Shown here one piece after another: positions 50,670-59,825 of a stretch of DNA of 64,000 nt. The notes below the pieces were generated by a model, which ran no database searches, was not told where the DNA came from, and saw only the letters and a list, made by a program, of their open reading frames with translations. Position 1 is the first letter of the stretch. The number at the start of each line of letters is the position of its first letter. A program made the translations under genes and the position numbers. This DNA comes from an uncultured Aquiluna sp. (GTDB lineage: Bacteria > Actinomycetota > Actinomycetes > Actinomycetales > Microbacteriaceae): positions 372,001 to 436,000 of the forward strand of contig CAJYLB010000001.1 of NCBI GenBank assembly GCA_913775595.1, in the 5' to 3' direction.

Positions 50670-50856
50670 GTGCTCCAGGGCCGGATGCGGGCAGGGAGCA
50701 ACCAAGCTCATTGAGTGGGCAAACCCAAAGATTCACTTCGGCGGCCGCACTAAGACCTGGGCAGCGTGCGATGACCACCTCGGCTATCTGGTTGACTATT
50801 TGTCAGCACGCAACTTCTACCTAGGAACCAGGGATTTTGAAGCAAAGCACGATTAG
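50659..50856 (+). CDS. Small conserved hypothetical protein with C-x4-C...C-x2-H
   Basis: CSRAGC, W.NPKIH...R.KTW.AC..H, YL.ARNF; overlaps both neighbours. Confidence 0.78.
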   Translation: MTAKCSRAGCGQGATKLIEWANPKIHFGGRTKTWAACDDHLGYLVDYLSARNFYLGTRDFEAKHD

Positions 50857-51649
50857 ACGCTGGGGCCCATGGCTCGCGCTCGTGCTGCTTTTTGCGATTG
50901 CAACCTCACTTCTGAGCTGGTGGCAGTTCTCTCGACGCGCTGAGCGAGTTGAGAGAATCGATCAAGTCATCCAGAACTATGACCTAAAGCCTGTGCCCTA
51001 CGAAGAACTCGACTGGGCAATCAATCCAGACGGAACATCGGACCAGGAGTGGACTCCTGTAGAGCTCGCGGGAACCTATTTGCCGGAGCTGGCCACAGTC
51101 GTTCGAAATCGCCCCCTCAATGGTCAACCGGGCTTCCTTCAGCTGGTTCCTCTCGAGCTGGAATCGGGGGAAATAATCATCATTGAAAGAGGCTGGCTAG
51201 CCGCATCCTCTGAGCTTGTAACACCAGAGGTGAACCCCCTCCCCGACCAAGCCCTGCATAACCTCACGGTTCGGCTCAGAGTCTCCGAGCCGGACCTCAA
51301 TCGAGATGACATTCCTGGGCAAATTGCCTCCATTGACCTACCACGTCTTGCAGATAGGTTTGAATTCGCGGGTGAGGTCATTGTGGAGCACTACGGCCGA
51401 GTCGTTTCAGAGGAGCCTGGTTACCAGAGCAGACCACTACCGATGCCCAAGCCAACGTTGAACGAGGGAAACCACCTCTCATATGCCATCCAGTGGATCA
51501 TCTTTGGCGTCATGGCCTTTGCCGCATTCATTTGGGCCTACAGGAACGACCGTCGGATCAGGCTCGAGGAGGCTGGATTGCTCGAGCCAAAGAAGCAAAA
51601 ACGAACTCAGGCAGTTATCGATGCTGAATACGAGGATTCAAACCAGTAA
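50837..51649 (+). CDS. SURF1 family cytochrome oxidase biogenesis protein
   Basis: L..WQ..R, RGW, GNHLSYAIQW. Confidence 0.92.
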   Translation: MKQSTIRRWGPWLALVLLFAIATSLLSWWQFSRRAERVERIDQVIQNYDLKPVPYEELDWAINPDGTSDQEWTPVELAGTYLPELATVVRNRPLNGQPGFLQLVPLELESGEIIIIERGWLAASSELVTPEVNPLPDQALHNLTVRLRVSEPDLNRDDIPGQIASIDLPRLADRFEFAGEVIVEHYGRVVSEEPGYQSRPLPMPKPTLNEGNHLSYAIQWIIFGVMAFAAFIWAYRNDRRIRLEEAGLLEPKKQKRTQAVIDAEYEDSNQ

Positions 51650-51675
51650 ACTGCTTCAAAACCGGAAGGATTCGG

Positions 51676-52233
51676 ATGTCTATTGCTCAAGCGACTCTGG
51701 TCGACAGAATTGTTCCTCGCTCTCTAGTGAGCGACGTCGCACTCGTGTTCGGTGGTGCTGTGTTGACAGCCCTCGCAGCTCAGGTACAGATTCCGATGTA
51801 TCCGGTTCCCATGACACTGCAGACCTTTGCCGTGCTCCTTGTTGCGGCAACCCTAGGAGCGGCTCGAGGCGCTGCGTCAATGGGTGTTTACCTTGCGATG
51901 GGGGCGGCCGGCCTCCCCGTGTTTGCGGGAGCCAAAGCTCTCACGGCAGTTCTACCAACCGCAGGGTATCTAGTGGGCTTTGTTGCAGCTGGATTTGTAG
52001 TTGGCGCTCTGGCAGCCAGGGGCTTTACCACCACCCCGATAAGAGTTGCGGCTTCGTTTGCTTTGGGTAGCGTGATTATCTACGCCCTTGGAGCTGGATG
52101 GCTGATTGTTGGTCTGGGACTATCGTTCCCCGCCGCGCTAACGGCAGGCGTGATCCCATTTTTGATCGGTGACGCGCTCAAAGCGGTTGCCGCTGCAACA
52201 CTGCTGCCGATTGCTTGGAAGCTCGTTCGCTAG
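51676..52233 (+). CDS. bioY: Biotin transporter BioY
   Basis: PVPMTLQT.AV, GLPVFAG, GYL.GF, PF..GD.LK. Confidence 0.95.
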   Translation: MSIAQATLVDRIVPRSLVSDVALVFGGAVLTALAAQVQIPMYPVPMTLQTFAVLLVAATLGAARGAASMGVYLAMGAAGLPVFAGAKALTAVLPTAGYLVGFVAAGFVVGALAARGFTTTPIRVAASFALGSVIIYALGAGWLIVGLGLSFPAALTAGVIPFLIGDALKAVAAATLLPIAWKLVR

Positions 52234-52562
52234 ATAGAGAACCCGATCGACCGCATCATTTCGCGGCCGTCCTCTGTGATTTTTTCTGGACCCCATGGCG
52301 GCATCCAGACCCAATTGATGCGGAACGCCTCGACGACTCCGTCCAACGCCTCCGCCGTCTGCTCCTCGATTACGTCGGTTAGCGGGCAACCTGCTGAGGT
52401 CAACGTCATGTTGATCAGCAGCGCCCCATCTTCGGATTCCTGCAGCCCATAGACCAGGCCAAGATCAACGATGTTGACACCAATTTCTGGGTCGATGATG
52501 TCCTTCATCGCTTCGATCACTTGGTCGTAGCGCTGAGGCGAGAGTTCCTTGGGCTCGCTCAT
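52230..52562 (-). CDS. sufT: Metal-sulfur cluster assembly factor (SufT/DUF59)
   Basis: DPE.G.NIVDLGL.Y, TLTS.GCP, PPW. Confidence 0.92.
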   Translation of the reverse strand: MSEPKELSPQRYDQVIEAMKDIIDPEIGVNIVDLGLVYGLQESEDGALLINMTLTSAGCPLTDVIEEQTAEALDGVVEAFRINWVWMPPWGPEKITEDGREMMRSIGFSI

Positions 52563-53317
52563 ACCCCGGCCTTGGTGTAGCGGTCGTAACCCTCGTTCTC
52601 GAGGCGCTCTGCCAGCTCGGCACCACCCTGCTCGGCAACCTTGCCGGCCACGAAAACGTGCACGAAGTCAGGCTTGATGTAGCGGAGGATTCGGGTGTAG
52701 TGGGTGATCAGGAGCACTCCTAGGCCGTTGTCGGCGTGGGCGCGGTTTACACCCTCCGAAACAACCTTGAGCGCGTCGACGTCAAGACCCGAGTCGGTCT
52801 CATCCAGGATTGCAATCTTTGGCTTCAGCAGCTCCAGCTGCAGAATCTCGTGACGCTTTTTCTCTCCACCAGAGAAGCCCTCATTCACGTTTCGCTCGGT
52901 GAAGTCTGAGTCCATACGAAGGTTGCCCATGGCATCACGCAGGTCTCCAACCCACTCGCGAAGCTTTGGCGCCTCTCCGCTCAGCGCGGTCTTTGCGGTC
53001 CTCAGGAAGTTAGATACCGATACGCCAGGAATCTCGACGGGATACTGCATTGCCAAAAAGAGACCGGCGCGGGCCCTCTCGTCAACGCTCATCTCGAGTA
53101 CGTCTTCGCCGTCTAGGAGAATCTCGCCGTCAGTTACCTCATACTTCGGGTGCCCAGCAACCGAGTACGCAAGTGTTGACTTGCCGGAACCGTTTGGCCC
53201 CATGACCGCATGTATTTCGCCGGACTTGATGGTCAAATCGACGCCGCGAAGGATTTGCTTGCTGCCCTGGTCGGTCTCTACCGAAACGTGCAGGTTCTTG
53301 ATTTCTAGTGTTGTCAT
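52559..53317 (-). CDS. sufC: Fe-S assembly ATPase SufC
   Basis: GPNGSGKST, FSGGEKKR, DETDSGLD. Confidence 0.98.
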   Translation of the reverse strand: MTTLEIKNLHVSVETDQGSKQILRGVDLTIKSGEIHAVMGPNGSGKSTLAYSVAGHPKYEVTDGEILLDGEDVLEMSVDERARAGLFLAMQYPVEIPGVSVSNFLRTAKTALSGEAPKLREWVGDLRDAMGNLRMDSDFTERNVNEGFSGGEKKRHEILQLELLKPKIAILDETDSGLDVDALKVVSEGVNRAHADNGLGVLLITHYTRILRYIKPDFVHVFVAGKVAEQGGAELAERLENEGYDRYTKAGV

Positions 53318-53336
53318 TCTCTTCTTTCCTAAGGTC

Positions 53337-53648
53337 TTAGTCTTCGTATTCGACGAAGATCTCGTCGTTCTCGATCAATACTTCGTAGGTCGATACCGGC
53401 TCGTAGGCGGGCAGCGAGAGGGGCCTCCCCGTTTCGAGGTCGAACTTTGCTCCGTGGGCCCAGCACTCAATGGTCTTGTCATCGACAAAGCCCTCGCTCA
53501 GCGAAATCTCACCGTGAGAGCACTTGTCATCCAGTGCCTTGACGTCTCCAGATGGAGTGCGAACAATTGCAAGGGCGTGGTCGCCAATCTTGACCCTAAG
53601 AGCCTTGCCAGGCTTCAGGTCGTCGAGGGCACAGATTCTTACAGCCAT
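53337..53648 (-). CDS. Rieske-type ferredoxin
   Basis: CSH...ECWAHG.KFD. Confidence 0.93.
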   Translation of the reverse strand: MAVRICALDDLKPGKALRVKIGDHALAIVRTPSGDVKALDDKCSHGEISLSEGFVDDKTIECWAHGAKFDLETGRPLSLPAYEPVSTYEVLIENDEIFVEYED

Positions 53649-54809
53649 TTACGCACCCGTCTTTTCTAGCTCGGTCTCGATAGCGGCGATGAGTCGTTCC
53701 TCGATTGACTCGATTGCGATTTTCTGGATTACCTCACTGAGGAAGCCTCGGACCACCAATTTCTTCGCCTGCTCCTCTTCAATTCCTCTAGCCATGAGGT
53801 AGAACAACTGCTCGTCGTCGAAGCGACCCGATGCACTTGCGTGCCCAGCTCCCTCGATCTTGCCGGTTTCTATCTCGAGGTTCGGTACGGAGTCAGCTCT
53901 AGCCCCATCGGTAAGTAGAAGATTTCTATTGAGCTCATAGGTGGTGGTGCCAACCGCAGACTCGCGTATCAGCACATCTCCCACCCAAACCGTGTGGGCA
54001 CCGGCACCCTGCAGGGCGCCCTTGTAGGCGACGTTGGACGTGCAGTTCTCCGCGATGTGGTCAACGTAGGGCCTGTGCTCAAAATAGTTACCACTGTTTG
54101 CAAGGTAGACCCCATACATGTTGACCTCTGCGCCTGGTGCACTGAGCGCCACGAAGGGTACGACTCTGACTACGTCGCCACCCATGGAGACCACAACGTG
54201 CTTCAGAGAGCTGTCCCTTCCAAGCTTTGAGAACTGGGTGGAAACATGCGTTGAGCCTGCCTCCCACTCCTGGAGGCTTACGAAATTCAGTTGAGAGCCG
54301 TCACCGAGGATGATCTCGACGTTTTCGCCTAGAACTCCAACGCCAACGTGGTCGAGCGCAATCGTGGCCTTGGCGTGGTTTCCCACAACCACAACCACGT
54401 GGGCGGCTTTCGCGCTGTCATCGGCCGGCGCTATTTTTACGAAAGAAGGCTCCGAACTCTCGGCCTCCTTTTCTACTTCAATTACCAGGGTCTTCGACGC
54501 GTTGGTCCAAGCTGCAGCGGATACTCGCTCCTCTGGCAGGCCTGCACTACCCACGAGTGGATCAGTTGAGTCAACCCAGCGCATTGAAGTTCCCGGGGCA
54601 AGCTCTGCGGTTACTTCTTTTACAGAGAGCTCCCCCATGACAGCCTCATCAAGCCCGCGCAGCTTGTCCACCGGGATGTAGCGCCAGATCTCCTGGCGGT
54701 TGGTGATCTCCGGAAAATCGTTGACACTGGTTGAGCGAGGTCGCTCGCTCCTGGTCTGAATTGGAACGTTCCCGTGTGAATGGGCCTCTAGGCCATGCTG
54801 AGCTGCCAC
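53649..54809 (-). CDS. sufD: Fe-S assembly protein SufD
   Basis: E.WRY, YKGAL, PNLEI, GHAS, QLFYL.ARG. Confidence 0.95.
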   Translation of the reverse strand: MAAQHGLEAHSHGNVPIQTRSERPRSTSVNDFPEITNRQEIWRYIPVDKLRGLDEAVMGELSVKEVTAELAPGTSMRWVDSTDPLVGSAGLPEERVSAAAWTNASKTLVIEVEKEAESSEPSFVKIAPADDSAKAAHVVVVVGNHAKATIALDHVGVGVLGENVEIILGDGSQLNFVSLQEWEAGSTHVSTQFSKLGRDSSLKHVVVSMGGDVVRVVPFVALSAPGAEVNMYGVYLANSGNYFEHRPYVDHIAENCTSNVAYKGALQGAGAHTVWVGDVLIRESAVGTTTYELNRNLLLTDGARADSVPNLEIETGKIEGAGHASASGRFDDEQLFYLMARGIEEEQAKKLVVRGFLSEVIQKIAIESIEERLIAAIETELEKTGA

Positions 54810-56227
54810 TATCCAACGGCCCCTTCCATCTGCATCTCGATAAGTTTGTTTAGCTCCAATGCATACTCCATAGGGAGCTCCTTTGCGATTGGCTCAATGA
54901 AGCCGCGGACGATCATTGCCATAGCCTCGTCCTCTTCGATACCCCTCGACTGGAGGTAGAAAAGCTGCTCTGCGCTGATCTGTGAGACGGTAGCCTCGTG
55001 CCCCATTGCCACGTCATCCTCGCGGATGTCATTTGCGGGGTAGGTGTCGGACCTTGAGATCGTGTCGACCAAAAGAGCATCGCAACGAACCGTGTTGGCA
55101 GAGTGGTGAGCTCCAGGATTGACCCTGATTTCGCCTCTGTAGGAAGTTCGTCCGCCACCGCGTGCGATGGACTTCGAAACGATTGAACTGGTGGTGTGGG
55201 GAGCAAGGTGAATCATCTTGGCTCCGGCATCCTGGTGTTGACCCTCACCCGCAAAAGCAACCGAGAGCGTCTCCCCGCGAGCGTGCTCACCGGCAAGAAT
55301 TACCGATGGGTATTTCATGGTGACCTTTGAACCGATGTTTCCATCGATCCACTCCATGGTTGCGCCCTCGTGAGCGATAGCGCGCTTGGTTACAAGGTTG
55401 TAGACGTTATTTGACCAGTTTTGAATCGTGGTGTAGCGAACGCGAGCGTTCTTTTTGACGATGATCTCCACTACCGCGCTGTGTAGTGAGTCAGACTGGT
55501 AGATCGGTGCGGTGCAGCCCTCAATGTAGTGAACATAGGATCCCTCATCTGCGATGATGAGCGTCCTCTCGAACTGCCCCATGTTCTCGGTGTTGATTCT
55601 GAAGTAGGCCTGTAGCGGGATCTCGACCTCAACTCCCTTTGGCACGTATACGAACGAGCCACCTGACCAAACTGCCGTGTTCAGGGCCGCAAACTTATTG
55701 TCTCCCGCGGGGATCACGGTGCCGAAGTACTCCTCGAAGATCTCGGGGTGCTCCTTGAGAGCGGTGTCGGTGTCCAAGAAGATGACGCCCTGCTCTTCCA
55801 GGTCCTCGCGGATCTGGTGGTAGACGACCTCCGACTCGTACTGAGCCGCAACACCAGCGACGAGTCGCTGACGCTCGGCCTCTGGGATACCTAGACGCTC
55901 GTAGGTGTTGCGAATGTCCTCAGGGAGGTCCTCCCAGGTCTGAGCCTGGCGCTCAGTGGACCGAACGAAGTACTTGATGTTGTCAAAATCAATCCCGCTA
56001 AGGTCAGATCCCCAGGCTGGCATCGGCTTTTTGCCGAAGAAGTCATAGCCCTTCAGCCTGCGTTCCAGCATCCATGCTGGCTCTTCCTTGCGGGCAGAGA
56101 TGTCACGCACCACCTCTTCATTGATACCCCGCTTGGCTGAGGCTCCGGCACTGTCCGAGTCGGACCATCCGAACTCGTAGTTACCCAGATCGTCGAGCTC
56201 TGGCCGATCGATGATTTTTTCTGACAT
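54809..56227 (-). CDS. sufB: Fe-S assembly protein SufB
   Basis: [27 protein letters not shown]. Confidence 0.98.
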   Translation of the reverse strand: MSEKIIDRPELDDLGNYEFGWSDSDSAGASAKRGINEEVVRDISARKEEPAWMLERRLKGYDFFGKKPMPAWGSDLSGIDFDNIKYFVRSTERQAQTWEDLPEDIRNTYERLGIPEAERQRLVAGVAAQYESEVVYHQIREDLEEQGVIFLDTDTALKEHPEIFEEYFGTVIPAGDNKFAALNTAVWSGGSFVYVPKGVEVEIPLQAYFRINTENMGQFERTLIIADEGSYVHYIEGCTAPIYQSDSLHSAVVEIIVKKNARVRYTTIQNWSNNVYNLVTKRAIAHEGATMEWIDGNIGSKVTMKYPSVILAGEHARGETLSVAFAGEGQHQDAGAKMIHLAPHTTSSIVSKSIARGGGRTSYRGEIRVNPGAHHSANTVRCDALLVDTISRSDTYPANDIREDDVAMGHEATVSQISAEQLFYLQSRGIEEDEAMAMIVRGFIEPIAKELPMEYALELNKLIEMQMEGAVG

Positions 56228-56253
56228 TTAGCCTCCTGGCGTCCAATCAATAC

Positions 56254-56278
56254 AACTCGCGTGGTGCCCAGCTATTCC
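56254..56278 (-). promoter_or_regulatory. ECF sigma (SigH/SigR-type) promoter of the suf operon
   Basis: Minus strand GGAAT-N17-GTTG, upstream of AGGAGG and sufB ATG. Confidence 0.6.
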
Positions 56279-56364
56279 GGAATAAAGCAGAGAGATGGGC
56301 GGGTTTTGAGTGAGGTAATAGGCTAAAACAGTTAGCTTTCAAAAACTAGTAAGGCATACCTAAG

Positions 56365-57456
56365 TTGACCTCAATTCTGACCCCGGTGAGAAACCTCTGG
56401 CTTGAGCGTCTTACTTCGCCTGCTCGGCTAAGGCTGTATGTCTGGCTCTCCCTAGCTACCCAGATTCTCATCGTGGTGACCGGCGGTTTGGTGCGGCTTA
56501 CCGGCTCAGGTTTGGGCTGCCCCACCTGGCCTAAGTGCACAGACGAGTCCCTGGTGAGCACATCGGAGATGGGCATTCACGGGGTAATCGAGTTTGGTAA
56601 TCGGCTCCTGACTTTTGTGTTGCTTGTGGTAGCTCTACTAACTTTTGCGACAATCATCCGCAGGCTTGCTGATAGGGCCCTGCTACTGAGAATCGTCTAT
56701 GCCTTTTTTGGCTTCGTGGCTCTGTTCGTTGTTGGACTGGCCCTTGCGGTCTCGTCCATAGACACCTTGTCACTGTCTGTTCTCGCAGCGGCAGCTATTG
56801 GAGCCCTTGCAACTGCTGGAGGGTTTGCCGTTTTAGCCAGGCGGAAAGACCCGCGGGGTCTCGTGCTTCCGAGTTTTGGTCTTGGTTTTGGCATCATCTT
56901 GCAGGCAGTAGTTGGTGGCATAACGGTGCTAACTGAGCTCAACAGCTGGATAGTTGGCCTGCACTTCTTGATTTCCTCTGTCTTGATTGCTCTTGCATCG
57001 TTACTGGTTTTCCGAGCGCTTCCCAAGGGTTCTCAGGTCGTAAGCGGCGCATCAAAGGCGCTTGCAATCCCCACCGCTCTAGCGGGTGCAGTCTCGATAG
57101 TGGTTGGCGTGCTCGTCACAGGAGCGGGACCGCACGCAGGCGACGCGCTAACCCCAAGAAACGGCCTAGATCTCGAGGTCTGGCAGCACTACCACAGCTA
57201 CCCCGGCTACCTCATGCTCGGGCTGATTGCACTGCAGGTCTTCTTCCAGAGCAGAGGTGCGGGCTTTTTTATGTCGAATCTTGCGACAAGGACCCTCACG
57301 CTCTTGTTAACTGCCTCAATCGCTCAGGCGCTGATTGGTGTGGCGCAGGCAAGGCTGGGAGTCCCGGAGTTTTTGGTAGCGCTGCACATGCTTGGCGCCG
57401 CGGTACTTTGCTCGCTGCTTACCTTCCAGTTCTTGGTGCTAGCGAGAAGAGCTTGA
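56365..57456 (+). CDS. ctaA: Heme A synthase (COX15/CtaA)
   Basis: TGGLVRLTGSGLGCPTWP.C, EFGNR, GPHAGD, ALHM.GA; start uncertain. Confidence 0.92.
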   Translation: MTSILTPVRNLWLERLTSPARLRLYVWLSLATQILIVVTGGLVRLTGSGLGCPTWPKCTDESLVSTSEMGIHGVIEFGNRLLTFVLLVVALLTFATIIRRLADRALLLRIVYAFFGFVALFVVGLALAVSSIDTLSLSVLAAAAIGALATAGGFAVLARRKDPRGLVLPSFGLGFGIILQAVVGGITVLTELNSWIVGLHFLISSVLIALASLLVFRALPKGSQVVSGASKALAIPTALAGAVSIVVGVLVTGAGPHAGDALTPRNGLDLEVWQHYHSYPGYLMLGLIALQVFFQSRGAGFFMSNLATRTLTLLLTASIAQALIGVAQARLGVPEFLVALHMLGAAVLCSLLTFQFLVLARRA

Positions 57457-58796
57457 AGTCCCTGTTCTGGTTCCGCCGAGATAGGCGCATCCAAGACAAC
57501 CTTGCTCTAAAAGAGGCCGCTGAGGCCTCAGCTGAGCTGCACACTCTATTTGTTTTCCCTCGCTGGATGCATCAGCGATCCTTGCTGAGACAGCACAGTA
57601 TCTTGGAGTCCGCCAAGGCCCTAGGTGACTCATTACCAGGGGGTCTTTCGGTGGCACAGGGCAATCCTGCACAGGCAATTGCCCAGTACTGCCGGAAACA
57701 CGGCATCGAAAAGGTCTTTGCAACCAGGAGCTTTGACACCGAAGGCATAGCCATCCAGGAAGAGGTCCAGCTTGAGCTGAGCGAACTGGGAGTCGCACTT
57801 GAGCTGGTTGACAGTTATTACACAATTGAGCCTGGAACTGTCAGGAAAGACGACGGCTCTCCCCTGAAGGTGTATACGCCCTTCTACAAACGCTGGGCGC
57901 TTCATGGCTGGCCTGAGCCCGTCCTGGTAGATGTTGCAGCTGTGAACTGGGCACCTGCACTGCAAACTGACTGGCCAGCAATGAGTGCACCCCCACCTTT
58001 CAAGGTGAAGGCAGGAGAGCTGCAGGCTCTTCAGACCCTAGAGAGGTTTCTTGAGAAGGTCTCCCAGTATCACGAACAGCGCAACCGCACTGACTTATCT
58101 GGGACGTCTCACCTCTCTCACGCACTTGCACACGGAGAGATTCATCCGAGAACCATTTTGGCAAGGCTTGGGCACAGTGAGGGCGAAGAGGTATTCCGCA
58201 AAGAGATTGCTTGGAGAGAGTTCTACGCCGACGTGTTGTATCACAATCCCCATACTCTCCACGAATACCTAGAGCCACGCTTTGGAAGCATGCGCTATGA
58301 CGACCCCGAGGAGCACGCACAGAAGCTAGAAGCTTGGAAGCAGGGCAAGACGGGCTATCCGATTGTCGATGCGGCGATGCGGCAGCTCGTGCAGACCGGG
58401 TGGATGCACAATCGCGCCCGAATGATTGTTGCGAGCTTTCTCGTGAAAGACCTGCATTTTGAATGGCAGGTCGGCGCTCGCTATTTCGAGGAGCACCTGA
58501 CCGATCACGATCCGGCCTCAAATGCCCATGGCTGGCAGTGGACGGCAGGCTGCGGAACGGACGCCTCGCCCTATTACCGAGTTTTCAACCCGGTCCTACA
58601 GGGTGAGAAGTTTGATCCCACGGGCGACTATGTTCGCAGGTATGTCCCCGAACTCGGTCACATACCTTCAGGAAAGGTCCACCAACCCTGGTTATTGGTA
58701 GACGGCTTGGCTCATGGCTATCCAGCTCCAATCGTTGACCATGCTCAAGAGCGAGACGAGTCACTTGCTCGCCTGGAGGAAATCAAAGTTCGCTAG
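57453..58796 (+). CDS. phrB: Deoxyribodipyrimidine photolyase (class I CPD-like)
   Basis: [43 protein letters not shown]. Confidence 0.93.
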   Translation: MKSLFWFRRDRRIQDNLALKEAAEASAELHTLFVFPRWMHQRSLLRQHSILESAKALGDSLPGGLSVAQGNPAQAIAQYCRKHGIEKVFATRSFDTEGIAIQEEVQLELSELGVALELVDSYYTIEPGTVRKDDGSPLKVYTPFYKRWALHGWPEPVLVDVAAVNWAPALQTDWPAMSAPPPFKVKAGELQALQTLERFLEKVSQYHEQRNRTDLSGTSHLSHALAHGEIHPRTILARLGHSEGEEVFRKEIAWREFYADVLYHNPHTLHEYLEPRFGSMRYDDPEEHAQKLEAWKQGKTGYPIVDAAMRQLVQTGWMHNRARMIVASFLVKDLHFEWQVGARYFEEHLTDHDPASNAHGWQWTAGCGTDASPYYRVFNPVLQGEKFDPTGDYVRRYVPELGHIPSGKVHQPWLLVDGLAHGYPAPIVDHAQERDESLARLEEIKVR

Positions 58797-59698
58797 ATGT
58801 AGATCAGCGGATCAATTGCGACTGCGATAAACAGCACAGTTAGTTGCGTGATAGAGCTGTGGAAGAGCCTCATTGGGTTTGCCGGTATTGCGGTCTTCGC
58901 CTCTCGATAGAGCAGGTGCGACTCGATGACAAACCAAAGACCAGAGGCAAGAGCGACCACGGTGTAAATCAGCCCCATCTGAGCGACGGGGATCAATAAC
59001 AGCGAGGCCGCTAGGTAGGCCCAGGCATAAAGAATGATTTGCCGTGCTACAACCTGATTCTTGGCGACAACAGGAAGCATCGGTACTCCGGCACTCTTGT
59101 AATCCTCCAGATACCGCATGGACAGTGGCCAATAGTGCGGAGGGGTCCAGAGGAAAACAATCAGGAACAGCACGAGGGCACTTAGCGAAACCTCACCCGT
59201 GACGCTCGCCCAGCCAATCAGGGCAGGCATTGCCCCAGCAGCACCGCCCCAGACAATGTTTTGAGGGGTTCGCCTCTTGAGTCCCAGGGTGTAGACGAAG
59301 ACGTAGAAGAGGATTGCAGAGAGGCTCAACAGAGCCGAGAGCGGATTAATTAGTACTGCAAACCAGATGACCGAGATTGCGCCAATAACCCAGGCAAAAA
59401 CCAGCGCCTCGGTTTTCGTTAGCTCCCCGGTAACGAGTGGCCGGTTCTTGGTTCGCCCCATGACTTTGTCAATGTCTGCGTCTATGTAGCAGTTGAAGGC
59501 GTTTGCACTCCCCGCACTTAGCGCTCCCCCAAAAAGGACCGCTAAAACGAGCCACAGATTCGGCAGTCCACGCTCAGCAAGAATCATGGTCGGCACAGTT
59601 GCTATCAATAGCAGCTCAATAACCCTTGGCTTGGTCAAAGCAAGGTAAGCCGCGAGCTTGCGCGCGAGCGAAATTGAAGTGCTTGTGGGAGCTGACAT
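58793..59698 (-). CDS. ctaB: Heme O synthase (protoheme IX farnesyltransferase)
   Basis: LTKPRV, D.DID..M.RT..RP, WTPPH.W. Confidence 0.97.
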   Translation of the reverse strand: MSAPTSTSISLARKLAAYLALTKPRVIELLLIATVPTMILAERGLPNLWLVLAVLFGGALSAGSANAFNCYIDADIDKVMGRTKNRPLVTGELTKTEALVFAWVIGAISVIWFAVLINPLSALLSLSAILFYVFVYTLGLKRRTPQNIVWGGAAGAMPALIGWASVTGEVSLSALVLFLIVFLWTPPHYWPLSMRYLEDYKSAGVPMLPVVAKNQVVARQIILYAWAYLAASLLLIPVAQMGLIYTVVALASGLWFVIESHLLYREAKTAIPANPMRLFHSSITQLTVLFIAVAIDPLIYI

Positions 59699-59825
59699 TT
59701 GTTCTAGTCTACGTTGTCCGAAGGGTCCTGATTGGCTCAGGGTATAGACTTCAAGGCACATCCAAGGCAAAGTCGCCTCACCTCCGCCATAGGGTTTCTA
59801 GCCCTTCAAAGACGGGAAATTCATA

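Noticed and set aside
52899..53669. 256-aa plus-strand ORF, and similar antisense ORFs at 21099, 24194, 24870 and 8934
   Set aside because: Shadow frames opposite well-conserved genes, with no recognisable motifs or start signals
59752..59825. Riboswitch in the tkt leader
   Set aside because: Short leader with only a weak hairpin and no TPP-box core (CTGAGA)
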